Made by a program: the position numbers and the translations under genes. Below are positions 26,468 to 39,400 of a stretch of DNA of 64,000 nucleotides, one piece after another (the stretch's first letter is position 1; every line of letters begins with the position of its first letter). The notes under the pieces are model-generated. The model searched no databases, was not told the DNA's origin, and saw only the letters and a list, made by a program, of their open reading frames with translations. The stretch is taken from assembly GCA_034780895.1 (NCBI GenBank), contig JAUZTB010000002.1, positions 84,185,880 to 84,249,879 on the forward strand. The letters run 5' to 3'. This DNA is from Rhynchobatus australiae (lineage: Eukaryota).

Positions 26468-26668
26468 ATCTGTGGAACTCATTGCCACAGAGGATTGTGG
26501 AGGCCAAGTCGTTGGGTGTGTTTAAAGCAGAGATTGATAGGTTCTTGATTGGATTAAGAGTTACAGGGAGAAGGCAGGAGAATGGGGCAGAAAAAAATCA
26601 GCCATGATTGAATGGTGTAGCAGACTCAGTGGGCCAGATGGCCTTATTCTGCTCCTATATCTTATGAT
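26468..26668 (+). mobile_element. CR1 LINE 3' end fragment
   Basis: aatctgtggaactcattgccacagagg...gcagagattgataggttcttgatt...atcagccatgattgaatgg...ctcctatatcttatg, the same tail family as 697-781. Confidence 0.85.
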
Positions 26669-26679
26669 CAATGGAAAGA

Positions 26680-27510
26680 GGAGCGGTTAAGATTTCAGGT
26701 CCAGGACCTTGTGTCAGAACTGGAAAAAAGGAAAAAAAAAACAATTTAGTTTTCAATAGCAAAGAAGATGGGAAGGGATTGGTAGAAAAAAGGGCATATC
26801 TCTGATGGGATGAGTCCAACTGGGTTAATGGAGGCAGTTACCAGCACATTATGCTTCTTTGTCTGCACACTGTTTTGTTAATAGTAAAGTTGTGGTATTT
26901 GCCCATCAGGCCGGACACAAGAATAAAAATAGAAAGCCAAATGGCCAGTTCTCATACAGACAGAAGGAAAGAGCAAGTTATGTAAAGTTAGGGAATTTGA
27001 TATCGAGTCTGGAAGATTGCAGTGTGCCTAGAAGAAGATGAGCTGTTTTCCCCCTGGCTTGCATTTGGCTTCATCATAACAGTACAGGAGCCCACAGTGT
27101 CCATGGCTTTTCATGGAGAGGTCTGAGTGGGAGTGAGATGGTGAATTAAACTGACAAGCAACTGGAAGCTCAGGGTCACTCCTGCAGACTGAACACAGTT
27201 GTTCCACAAGGCAATCACCCAATGTGCATTTGTTTCCTCCAGTGTTGAGAGGTCACACTGTGAACACTGAACACAGTACACTAGATTGGAAGCAGTGCCG
27301 GTGAATCTCTGCTTCACCTGGAAGCACTGTTTGGATCCCTGGATGGTGGGGTGGGAAGGGAAGAGCTGAAAGGACAGGTGTTGCATGGAAAGTGCCTTGA
27401 GATGGGGAGTGGTTGGTGGGACAGAAGAGTAGACCAGGGAGTCATGAGGAGAGCTGCAGCTGATGGAAGTTGCAAAGGATGAATAACCCTGGTATCCCAT
27501 GTTTCCATGG
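26680..27510 (-). mobile_element. Decayed Penelope-like element: GIY-YIG endonuclease remnant plus 3' terminal region
   Basis: Minus ORF 27111-27518 includes IQGSKQCFQVKQRFTGTASNLVYCVQCSQCDLSTLEET, resembling the PLE GIY-YIG block F.C.S.N.VY...C..C...YIGET. A hammerhead-like terminus lies at 26685-26721. A related remnant lies near 56430-56900. Confidence 0.75.
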
Positions 27511-28484
27511 CTCCTCAAGCATATGTGGTTCTTGAAAATACTAGAGAGCTAAAATACAGGATCGCTAGGGAAGTACTGGAAACAGCCACTTGGGTTCTCA
27601 TACAGATATTTCCTTCCTCAACTAGTCAAAAGACACCTTACAGTATACTTCAGAGAAGGTCTTCTACTTCCCAGTTATCTGTTACATCCTCTGGAAACTA
27701 CCATCAGGAGGGCATAGCCTATGCCTCAGTATAGCAGCACCAGCAGAATAAGACAAAACAGAAATGGGTGCCTCGCCTCCCTGCAGTTCAGGTGAAGACT
27801 CCACTCATTGAATGAGATTTCAAGCATGGGGCAATCTGTGCAGGAATGCTTACCGTTGCTTGGNNNNNNNNNNTGCCACCATTGTGCCTTTGACTTGCAC
27901 TTGTAAACATGTTATTTTTGTGGCTGGTCTCATTAAGTTTCTGGTTACTGTGGACCTCCAGAGTGTTGATGGTAATGCTATTGAATATCAAGGGCTGTTG
28001 GGGTTTGGGTAGTTAGACAGAAGTGATTAAACCCTCACCTATTGGAGACGACCATTGCCTGTAACTTGTATAGCATAAATCTGTCCAAAACTGGATGTTG
28101 TCTTGCTTTATTTCATTCTAAACTCCTTATCTAAGATATAGACACAAGAGATTGCAGATGCTGGAATCTGGAGCAACAAACAGAATTCTGGAAGAACTCC
28201 GTGGGTCAGGTGAAGGGTCACGACCAGGGTCGTCGATTGTCCCTCCACAGATGCTGCCTGACCAGCTGACTTCATCCAGCATTTTGTTCTTTATCTGAGG
28301 TAGTGTGAATGGAATTGATCACTACAATCATCAGCAGACATCTCCACTTCTGATCTGATGCAAGTCTTCTCCAGAAGCAGCTGAAGATGGTTGAGCCTAT
28401 GACACTACCCTCAGAAAATGCTGTGATCTTCTGGGCTGAGATGATCGACTTCCAATTACTGCAGCCATGTTTCTTTGTACTAGA

Positions 28485-28905
28485 TATTGGTAAATTAGTT
28501 TATTATTGTTGTCACACGTATCAAGGTACAGTGAAAAACTTTGTTTTGCATGCCATCCGTACAGATCATTTCATTACAACAGTGCAATGAGGTGGTACAA
28601 GGGAAAACGATAACAGAATGCAGCATGAAGTGCTACAGTTACAGAGACAATAGGTGCAAGGCCATAATGAGGTAGACTGTGAGGTCAAGAGTCTATCTTA
28701 TCCTACTAGGCGACTGTTCAAAGGTCTTATAACAGTGGAATGGAAGCTGTCCTTGAGCCTGGTGGTACGTGCTTTTAGGCTTTTGTATCTTCTGCCCGAT
28801 TGGAGGGGGGGGAGAAGAGAGAATGTCCCAGTGGGTGGGGTCATTGATTATGCTGGCTGTTTTACCAAGGCAGCGAGAAGTATAGACAGAGTCCATGGAG
28901 GGGAT
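28485..28905 (-). mobile_element. Rex1/Babar 3' fragment
   Basis: Minus-strand PSMDSVYTSRCLGKTASIINDPTH plus the reverse complement of the tail (ttgtcacacgtatcaaggtacagtgaaaaactttgttttgcatgcc). Confidence 0.8.
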
Positions 28906-30403
28906 ATATTCATGGAGATACGATTTAAGCTGGTGAAGATATTCTGAAACATTAACTCTTCCTCTCACCACAAATGCTGCCTGACATGCTGGATATCTCT
29001 GCATTGCAGTTTGCAGGGTTTTTTTTGCTTTTTAAAGGAGAATTTAGAGTACTATTGACCTCCAGTTTTATTAGGGCTCCCTGATGCCATGTGCTATCAA
29101 ATGTCAGCTTAATAGTAAGATTCGGCACCTTGTTTGGAATTTGTGTCAAGTTTTAAGTTGCCCTTTCCGTGGCCGAAACTGCATTGTGATATCCACACAT
29201 TAAAGACAAAGAACAAGAAGCGTCAACATGTTAGCTGGGATAATGTTCAGTACTTTTGCAGAAAAATACTGCTGGGCTTAAATCTTATGAAATATTTGTT
29301 AACAAAAGTTTGTAAAGGGGTCATGAAAGCAAAGGAAATGTCTGAACAAGCACCTACTTTGTTGCACTGTGCCCTTTACCATTCAGCAAATGTTAACTCA
29401 CTGTTGATGATGTTTTTTGCTGGATCAATATTGCATTAAAGTTTTATGATGATGGTTGTTAGTTATGGATTAGCACACAAAGGAAGAGAACTTTTGATCA
29501 ATAACCTAGCAATCTGCTTCTTACTGTGACACAGTCTTGCTTTAATCCACTTCGAATAAGCTAATCCCATTACCTTTCAAAGGGAAAAAAAAGTCCTTGC
29601 TAAAATATTGAACACAAAGGATTCTACTTAAAATAAATGAACTGCAGAAAAAGGTGTGACAATGGATTCAGAAAATTTATTGTTTTTTTGTTTGGGAGAG
29701 GGGCAAGTGAGGATTAGAAACAATTTCTTAAATTTAAGTAAGGTAAACTTCAAAAGAATAAGAAATGCATTAACGACAGTAAATCATTGTGAACTTTTAA
29801 GCAGTAATATGGGAACAATTTTATATGATACAAAAGCATGAGAGAAGCAACATTTATGTCAGGAAAAAAATAAGTCTGGCAAAAATATAAGCAATAGTGG
29901 AAATCCAGTAACCTGAGAAAAACATGAAAAAAACAGAGACCAAAATAATAATAATATTAAAAGGACATTGAAAAGGAAATTTGCAAGAAATATTAAAGTG
30001 AAGAGCAAAACTTATAAATATGTTAAAAGAAAGCGAGCAGTTAAAAATTAGAACTAGAAAGGTGAGAATGGACAATCAAGAAATGGTGCACTAATTAAAT
30101 GAGTAATTTGTATTTGTTTTCATTGTGGAAAAGAACACAAAATTCCCATGGACAAGTTAACCTGAGAATAAGTTAACATTTTGCAATTTATAATTTTAAA
30201 AAGGTACAAATTTATCGGAGTTGATTGTAATTATATAATTGCATTTGTTTTATCATTTACAGTGTCATTTGATCATTTAGACAGTCAGTGCAGAGACTGG
30301 GAATTCTCATGGGTTTCAGCAGTTTTAGCTTGGTGTTAAGTTCTGTATTTTCACTGTGCTATCAAAATTCATGGAAGTGAAAGATTCTGCTTTTTATTTG
30401 CAG

Positions 30404-30438
30404 AAACATATGAAGATTTTGATTCCAAGGTGATTGAG
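30404..30438 (+). CDS. MRPS5: Mitochondrial ribosomal protein S5, short internal exon (equivalent to human exon 6), 35 nt, phase 1-0
   Basis: Acceptor ctttttatttgcag| and donor GAG|gtaaga. Spliced to the previous exon it gives ETYEDFDSKVIE, matching MRPS5 ETYEDFDTRILE directly after GPPDPGPxG. Confidence 0.95.
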
Positions 30439-33400
30439 GTAAGATATTTTGAGTTATTATTTTTAAGTTTTTTTTGTAAGTATTATTTCAAAACAACATT
30501 TTATACTGAAGGAGTTGCATCCATTTTGTTTGTAATCTTGTATGCAATAAATAACTGAAAATGAATCATGAGTGGGGATACTAACCTGAGACGAAAAATA
30601 ACATGGGGGTAAAGGGGTATTGGGGCGGAAGGAATGATTAATAGCGATACACTTTCAGCAGAAGGAGACTATTTCACTGCAAAGATGAGTTTTTCTCTCC
30701 GATAAGNNNNNNNNNNNNNNNNNNNNNNNNNNNNNNNNNNNNNNNNNNNNNNNNNNNNNNNNNNNNNNNNNNNNNNNNNNNNNNNNNNNNNNNNNNNNNN
30801 NNNNNNTCAGAAAATAAGGTGCTGTTCTTAGAGTTTGTTATATTTTGGAACAGTACAAGAAATTTAATTGAAATAAATTTGAATAGTCTAATTCCGTTTA
30901 ATCAGTAACAGTTAGTAAATTGATGGGACTATGCAGAATGACACGAGGATAGCTATGAGTGGAAAATGGTAGCATTTTATGAATTTTGAAGTGAGGCACA
31001 TTGTTAGAAACTCTTTTCCAGTCATTGCTGGGATGTTGGCGTCACTGGGAACTCAGGTGTCATTTTCATGTTGCCCATATCTAATTGTCCTTCTGAAGGC
31101 TATGGTGAACTTCTGCCATGAACCACTGAAATCAGTTGTGTGAATGTACAGCCACAGTACTGTTGGGGAGAGCATTCCAGCAAATAAGAAAGAATGGGCA
31201 ATAAATATCCCAGTCTGGATAGTATAAGGCAACACCCAAGATGCTGGAGGCACCTGGTTGTCTTTTCAGATCAAGACCCTTCAACTATCCAGATGAAGGA
31301 TATTGGACCGGAAACGTTGACTGTCCATTTCCCTCCATAGACACTGCCTGACCAGCTGAGTTCCTCCAGCATCTTGTGAGTTGCTCCAGATTCCAGCATC
31401 TGCAATCTCTTGTACCTCCAGGATAGTGTAAAGCCGTGGTTTGTTATTGGAGTACATGTTGTAGATGGTAGGGGAGGAGGCATGAATGTTTCAGATGGTG
31501 TATGGTTTGCCATTTGAATTAGCTGCATTGTTGGGGTTGGTGTCAAGTTCTGTGCTGCTGCAGCTGGACTCACTGAGTCAACTAGAGAGCACTGTTCGAT
31601 AGTTCCAATTTGTGCATTTAGATGGTGGAAAGGCACTAAGGTATTAGAGGTATGTCACTTCCCACAGGATACCCAGCTCTGACCTCCACTTGTAGTAATG
31701 GTATTTCTGTGGCAGATCCAGTTGAGTTGCTGTCAGCATGTGGCAGACTCGTTAGATTAGAAGCACTGTTGTTAGAGGTGATTAGTACTTAGCACTTGTA
31801 TGGCTGAAGATGTTACTTGCCACTTGCCTATCCACACCTGAATGTCATTCAGGTCTTGTTGGATGCAGGAATGGACAGCTTAATTTTGTGAGTTGTGAAT
31901 GGAATTAAGCACTGTGGAATCATTAGCGAACTATGCCATGGCTGATCTCATTATACAGTAAAGCAGTGTGTAATGATTAGGCCTAGCACATTGCTCCAAG
32001 TCACTCCTGCAACTATGTTCTGGGGTGTACATGATTAAGCTTCAACAACCACTGTCATATATGGGGTACATCTCATTCGGTGAGAAGTACAGTAAATAGT
32101 GATTTTGAAGTTAAAGTGAAAAAAAAGATCTACGGTTTAGCCAAACAACCTCAAATTAAATATTAACCTTTCTCCGTGACATTTTAGATGTAACATATGA
32201 CATCATGTTGAAATGGCAAACTCATTAAAAGAGAAAGTGTTGCCACAATGACCCAGGCTTCAGTCTAGTCCTTAGGTTCTTGGTGTGTGAAAAATAGTGT
32301 GATTTATAGTTTGTGGGCATGGATATTGTGTCCAACTTTAGCTAACCCTGAATTGAGAGTCAACCATATTGATGGATCTGGATTCACACATAACCCAGAC
32401 CAAGAAGGATCTCAAATTTATTTTCTTGAAAGATGTTAATGTCTACTCTATCCTCTTTATCTGTGTTTGGACTTCAGGGAAGCTCCAAGCTTGATCACAT
32501 AGGGCCTTTTGACTTATTAGGTATTGGTGCCAAAAAAATTGCTTTCAGCTTCTTTGCCAGATCTAAACTCAGCCAGACTTAAAAGTAGTCGAAAACATTG
32601 TTGATGTCATTGCTTTAGAAATGTCTTGCACTCCTTTATTAACTGAACAGGACCTGGGTGGGCTGAAAATAGGAATTTCTTTTGCACCTCAGAAGTGGTT
32701 GGCTTGTATTCTTCTAAATACTCGGGCATAGATTCAAATAGCTTAAAGAAGTGGATGCTGTAAATTCCTTTCCAGCAAAATGGGCCACTTCTATTTTAAT
32801 AAGAACCTTATCAGTTGCATAAGTGTCCTCTCTGCAAGACCATTTTTAGTGACATTGAAGAGGACAAGGCACAAGAGATAAAAGTCAGGCATGAAGTGAT
32901 TTTAGCACTCAAGCAGCAGGTTGTCCAATGTATGCTGATATGGAAAGTGTTTTCTATATACTCATCTGTATAGCAGTGTGATATATATCACTATCCAATT
33001 TTACGTAATGCAGAGATGAAGTTCTGCTAATCTTTAACTGTGCCCTTTCTTTTTTTAAGCTACCGGGGTCAGTATTGTGCTGTGTGCATGATAGTAATGT
33101 GCCAAAACAACAGCACTATCACAAGTTGCTAAAGTCACCAATGCAATAATTTCCTGCTTGGAATAAAAACTTTATCTTTTATGTGGTGGAGAATGTATTT
33201 TCATATTTTAATTTAATATTATTCAAGCAATAGATTTATCGCAAGACTATACCAATGATAACTAACATAACACGGTACTTTAAAATAATGCTGAATTTGC
33301 ACTTCATTTCCTTTAGCACCCATTATAATGGGCGTCCTGAAAAATTCAAAGATGACGAAACTTATGAGAGGCCTTTTTAAAAACTTGAAACGTTTAAAGT

Positions 33401-36400
33401 ACCTTTTCAGTACCACGATTTATTAAACACTTTTTCAACATTTTAGACATCTTAGTAATATTTTTGGCCCAGATTTTGCATTAGTAATGATGGAAAGCTG
33501 TTGGTGACGAGGGAAATAAATGAATCAGAATGAATTTAATATTTTTATGATTTATCTTGCTGAAAAATGTACTGAAAATGTCACATTGTTATATGAGGTC
33601 CAAGTGTGCCTTTAAATGCATGCCAAGCCATAACAACTGCTTAGCAAACTCTCTGGCCCTTAAGGACTAATTTTCTGCATGCGTATTGTACTTTCATAAG
33701 AACATTTCAATGTAAGGAATCTTTAAAGTGTTTTTGGAAGATATTTATTTATGATGCTTTGGCTTCTGTCATATTTGTGTGATACGTTCCTGCCTTTATT
33801 TCTGCAAGATATTTAGAAGTTGTTCTTTTCGCTTTCTATTATGTTGCAATGTGATTGATGGCTCAGCCTGTTTGATAGCATGATGATTTGACGAGATGCC
33901 TGATAGCATCTAAAGTCTGAAAAGGGGGGGAAGTTCTTGCCACGTAGACTGCTAAATGTTTGTGGGGAAACTTTCTTCAATGTCAGTTGCTTTGTTGCTG
34001 AGATCAAATTCTGGACCTTTGAGAATAAAATTGGGAATTGTTTTTTCTTTGCTTGAGGAAAATGGATTTTTGAAGATCCTCAAATTCAGAGAGGTTGCAG
34101 TGGAATTTAGAACATAACTTTCTATAAACCAAGGACAATGTCCTCAGCCTCATCAAGAAATTAATTGCAGTGCTTTTTTGTTAATTTGGATCCAGTGTGA
34201 TAAATAAGCACAGGAGCAGTTGTCATTAACAAATTCACCATTGCCCTTATCTGACAAGTGTGTTGTCTTTTTCTAAGGAGAGTTGAGCAAAAATCAGTTA
34301 ATGTGCTCCTCAGATGTACCAAACAGGTGGCAGGTTTATGCCTATGGTGAACATTTTCATGTACCTTACCAGTGAAATAACGGAACTTGGGATGCCGGGT
34401 ATCATGGTGCTGATACATTCCTCACAAGTATTGTCACTACGACAGAAAGCACAGAACTGACTCCATTAAGATTTCCCAGTTTAAATTTTATTCATAATTT
34501 ATTACAAAATTAATTTTGTAGGAATAAACACAAGATATGAAATCTAAGCAGAAGGAGGCCAAATATATGCAGTAAAAAAAAATCCAAAACAGCAGACAAG
34601 TAAAAATAAACATGCAGGCCATCAAAATGACATTTATGAAAAAAAACATTTTGTTTTTGGAAGAGTGAATGGAAAATTTTAATTTGTAACTTTTGTTTTA
34701 ACTATACATAACAGAATTTAAGTAAATGTTCTGGTAGGCATGCAGCACTTCTGATTTAAGATTGGACCTCTTAAAATGAATGTTTTCTGTGTAAAACCAG
34801 CAAATTGTGTTTTATGGAGTGACTGAACATTCACAACCTCCTGGGTAGAAAAATTTGAGCAAAGGTTTTCTTTTTTTCTCTCTCATCTCAGTCTTGAACA
34901 TCTGACCTCTTATTCTGAGACTCTGACCTCCCAATTATATATGTGCCAGCCAGGGCAAATATTCTCATTCCTCCCTGTTCAGCCCCATTAGAATTTTGTA
35001 CATTTCAGTGGTGATCGTTTCTCGTTCTTCTAAATTTATAGTCATAGTTGTCTTGATCTCTCCTCATAATACCAATCTGCCATCCCATCAATCTGCTGAA
35101 TCTTCATTGGACTAACTCGATCACAAATATATTCTTGCTTGGATGGAGAGACCAGAGTTGTACACGTTATTCCAGATGTGATCTCACCAGGTCTCTATCA
35201 AATTGAAGTAAAGCTCTTGTCCTCAAATCCTCCGGCAATGGAGGCCTTCCTAATGATTTGCTGTATCCAGGCCCCTCTGAACAGCACCATCTTTAAAAAT
35301 CTCACCACTTAAAAAAATACTTTTCTATTTGTTTTATATCAAAGATGATAGCCTCCCATTTTTCCGAATAATATTCCATTTGCAATGTTCTCATCCATTC
35401 ACCTTGCCTATCTATATCCCCTTGAAGCCTCTCCGCATCCCCATGATAATACATGCAGGTATTAAAAGAGCATGATATATAAATCTGCTCTTATTCAATC
35501 GACCTTCAATATTATTTCATGGAAGTGCTAGCATTTGTTTAAAAAGTGAAATGCCCTGAACATTCATTTTCCTTCAGTGTAGTTCTCTAATAAAATTATT
35601 TCTTAAACCTCATGTTGCCTACCAGGTCATGTTTAATTTATTGCAGTTGTTGGGGCTGAACTGAAAACTGCAGTCCCTCAAGTCTACACAATATTTCTCT
35701 AAAACTAATATATCTGTCTATGTTGTGACAAAGTGTCCAAATCTGCAATATTCTAAATATCCTCCATTTGCTTGAGCATACACGCTGACCTAAAAAAAAA
35801 CCTTGTTGTTGTCTTGTGGATAGTTTAAAAGGGAAAAGGACATTTACTCTATTTCCCCTAACAGTTAGAATATGTATCCTTCATAATCTATACTTAGTTA
35901 ATTAACTGAGTTTGCAAATGAGACTGGCATAGCCTCAGGATTGTAACATTACAGCTTATACATTGAAACTTAATTGGTTGCATTCCACAGGTGAGAGTTC
36001 TATATCTACACCAACGGAAAGATTAAGGTGCTGATAGCTTAATGAATTAAAGAAGGTTCACTTCTAAAAGATCGATGAAGGAACAGTTTTCGGTATATAA
36101 ATGCCTGATTCAAAGTCTGAAATATGTGCTACATATACCTTCAATGAGCACCAAACAGAGATTGGTATTTCTCTTGTGGGAGGTGGAAGATGGGAGTCTG
36201 CTGGTGGATAGTTAATGTGCATAAGTTGCCTCACAGACAAAGAGTGGTTCCATTCTAACAAGCATAGTTGGCAAGTAGAGTAATCAATCAGTATTATCTC
36301 CAGTACACTGTATCCATTTCCTATTTACCCCTTCAATGATTTCCCAGTCCACTTCGTCCATTTCCATTTTCCTGCTTTTTACTCAACATAATAACTTGTG

Positions 36401-39400
36401 AGCTGTTGAACAGTGTCAAGCCATTCTAACAGCAAATATATGTAACATTTTCTACTTAAAGTGACTGTTTTACCCACATACAATGCTAACTAAAACATCT
36501 CAAGAAACAACAGAATTTTCAATCAGACAAAAAAGCCATAGAATAACTTAACTGTTGGATAGTTAAAAATTCTTGACCCCTTTCTCCCTCCCTCCACCAC
36601 AGCAATCTAATGATGCAACCATATTTTGTGATTGTCAGTCCCCTCAGACCCAATTAAAATATAAGAATTAACAAGATACGGCAACTCAAGTTATCCATGA
36701 GAAATTTTATAAAATGTCATTTCAGCAGCCTTTTGGAATCTGACTTGGAATTTCCTACTTGCTGAGTTACCTCATCCTCTATCCTGTTTTAGCATACCTG
36801 ATGGTGTTTGCACTCTTGGGATTAGCTGTTTATCCAGGTGTCTCAGTAATACTAGTTTTTATTTAAATCCTTTTTGGTCATAGAGATCTTTCTTCAATGG
36901 ACAATTAACTTTGGTTTTAGTTCCTTATGGAGCAGAGCTTGACTTTTAGCTCAAAACATCAAATACATAATTGCATAACTTGCTGCGTGTTTTAAAACTT
37001 TTTGTTACTTCATGAAAGGCATTAAAAAATGTTATTTTCCAGTTAGTGTTATTTAATATTTATCTTTCTAGTCTACAGAGGAGTACAAACTTCTGCCTTT
37101 GCCAAATCTTAGTTATTGGATGTTATGTTCTATTGAAATTTCTGATTGTATTTGGAATGACTGATTATCACTAAATGTTTTATTGTGAATTCCAGGGGAA
37201 AATGTATTCATCGGTCTGAAAATAAATAAATGGAAAATGCAAAATAGTTTAAAGGTTTTGAAGGATTCCAAAAGCAGTGAAGGCCAATGAGCTATTTTTG
37301 TTTTCCTTTTGAAACCATTGCACTTAAATGGCCACAATTTTTCCCATGGCAGAAGGCAAACTGCAGTGTTAGACATTTGCTGTACAGCCCAATTAGGTTT
37401 TGTTACTGCTGCCTGAGGTGCTGACTGCTGCATTAATTTTTGGTGGCAATAAACTGTACAGTCATAGGAATAGTTCTTGGCCATTCAGTCCCCAGAGCCT
37501 ATTCCAGGACTTTTATTAGATGGTGGCTAATTTCTACTTTAAATCCACCATTTTTCTGTATCCCTTGGTATCTGATACACTCTAGCCAATGGGGTGGTGT
37601 CAGTAGTAAGAGGATATTGGTTAGTGGTCAGTGGGGTAAAAGAAGTGAGGCATGCTCAGAGGGGATCAGGTCAAAGGGGAGTGATCAGAAGTACTGGTTT
37701 GTAAACAGTGGTCATTGCATTAGGTCAGCAAGGAGGAGTCAACTGAGATGTCCGTGAGGAGTGTCAAGAGGCAGATGTCAACCGGGAGAAGCTAGCAGGT
37801 CGCATCCAATGGTCTATGGAGAGTGGAATGGTCAATGGGGTGAAGATAATGTGGAGTGGTCAGTGAGGTAGATTAGTGTGAAGAGGTCAATTGAATTTGG
37901 TCAATGGGATAGAGGGGAGAAGTCAGAGGAGAATGTCCACAAGGGGTACTCAATACTTGGTGGGAATGGTCATTGGCAAATAATCAATGGGGTGTGGTCA
38001 TTGGGAGTGATGAAAAGGGAATGATCAGCATCTGGATGATTAGATTTATAACAGCACTTCAGCAATGCACAAAATATTACACCCCTCTCAGGAAAGGTTT
38101 GGAAATGTTACAAATGGGGACCAATTGTTTTAAAATCATCTAGATTTTACAAACCATGACCTGAGCTGGAGACCAAGGACAACTGTTCTAGAGATCAAAA
38201 TTATTACTAGTGAAATCATCAGTATCTTCAATGTGGTTGAGGTCAACTTAGTGATTCATATTGGTATTAAAGGCCTGATGTCCTTCTTTATTTCAATACT
38301 CAATATATCATTGTAGATTCCATACAGAATGGAAAAAGAGATCTTTTGCAATTTTCTTCCCCCACTCAAAGCTATAGTTGATGTAGATTTTGCACTCCAT
38401 GAGGTGAGGAGTGGGATTGAACAATGCAAACTCCATGAGTGGCAAGTGGAGACTGGCTAAACAAATGACAAGTAAAAATGTGCCCATTTCGTGCTGGCCA
38501 CACCCAATGCATCCTGGTGGTATTTATGTGTTCCTTTTATCACAGTACTACAAAGCAGTATAATTAACAGGGCTCAAAAAGATTAGAAGTGTTTTTTTTT
38601 AACTTTCATTAATGGATACAGGAAGTTTATATGCATAGTGCAGTCCAGGTAAGGCAATGTGTATTTCAATGTGGAAGGAAATTAGTTGGCTAGGGTAAAG
38701 TCTATGTAAGTTAGAGCACACATAGAGATTAAGTGTATATAGTACAGTCAATAATAGGATTGATTATGCAGGGGCAGTAGTGGGAGATCAAATAGGAAGC
38801 TTGAGGTCACAGTGAGTCATTTATGACACGATTGACAGCACACTTCCCAAGATTTCAAGTCCAGTTCTACAGACATATACAGTATGTAGGCCTCAGATGA
38901 CAAATGAGGACTCTGGAAGGAAATTAGATTGCTAGGATAGTTTCCTACTGATAGTGTAGAGTGTTTGTGAGCTGGTTAAGTAGCAGTATTAAGTGACCTT
39001 CTATGGTTCTGTGCTTTATTTTCCAGCAATCCATTTTTTGTCAGCTGGAACCCATCCCAGTTTTATCCAAAGATACTGAAAAGAGAACAATAGTCAGCTC
39101 ATTCACTCTACTAATAGTTTGTGATTGCAATAGTCTGATATCAGTGGGTGCAAGGAGCACTAGTAGTATAAGGCATAAATGCAAATTTTTCATCAGCACA
39201 ACTGGTTGGAAATTTGAGAGAAATTTCTTCATTCAGAGAACACAAAAATATGGAATTTTCTGCTGCAAAGAATGTTTAAGGCTTATAGTACAGACGCATT
39301 TAAGGAGACACTGAATAAACAGAGGGAGAAGTAAACAGAAGGATGATGCGTTAGGTTTAGAGGACAATCAGTGGCAGTAAGCATATGTGAAGCATGAACA

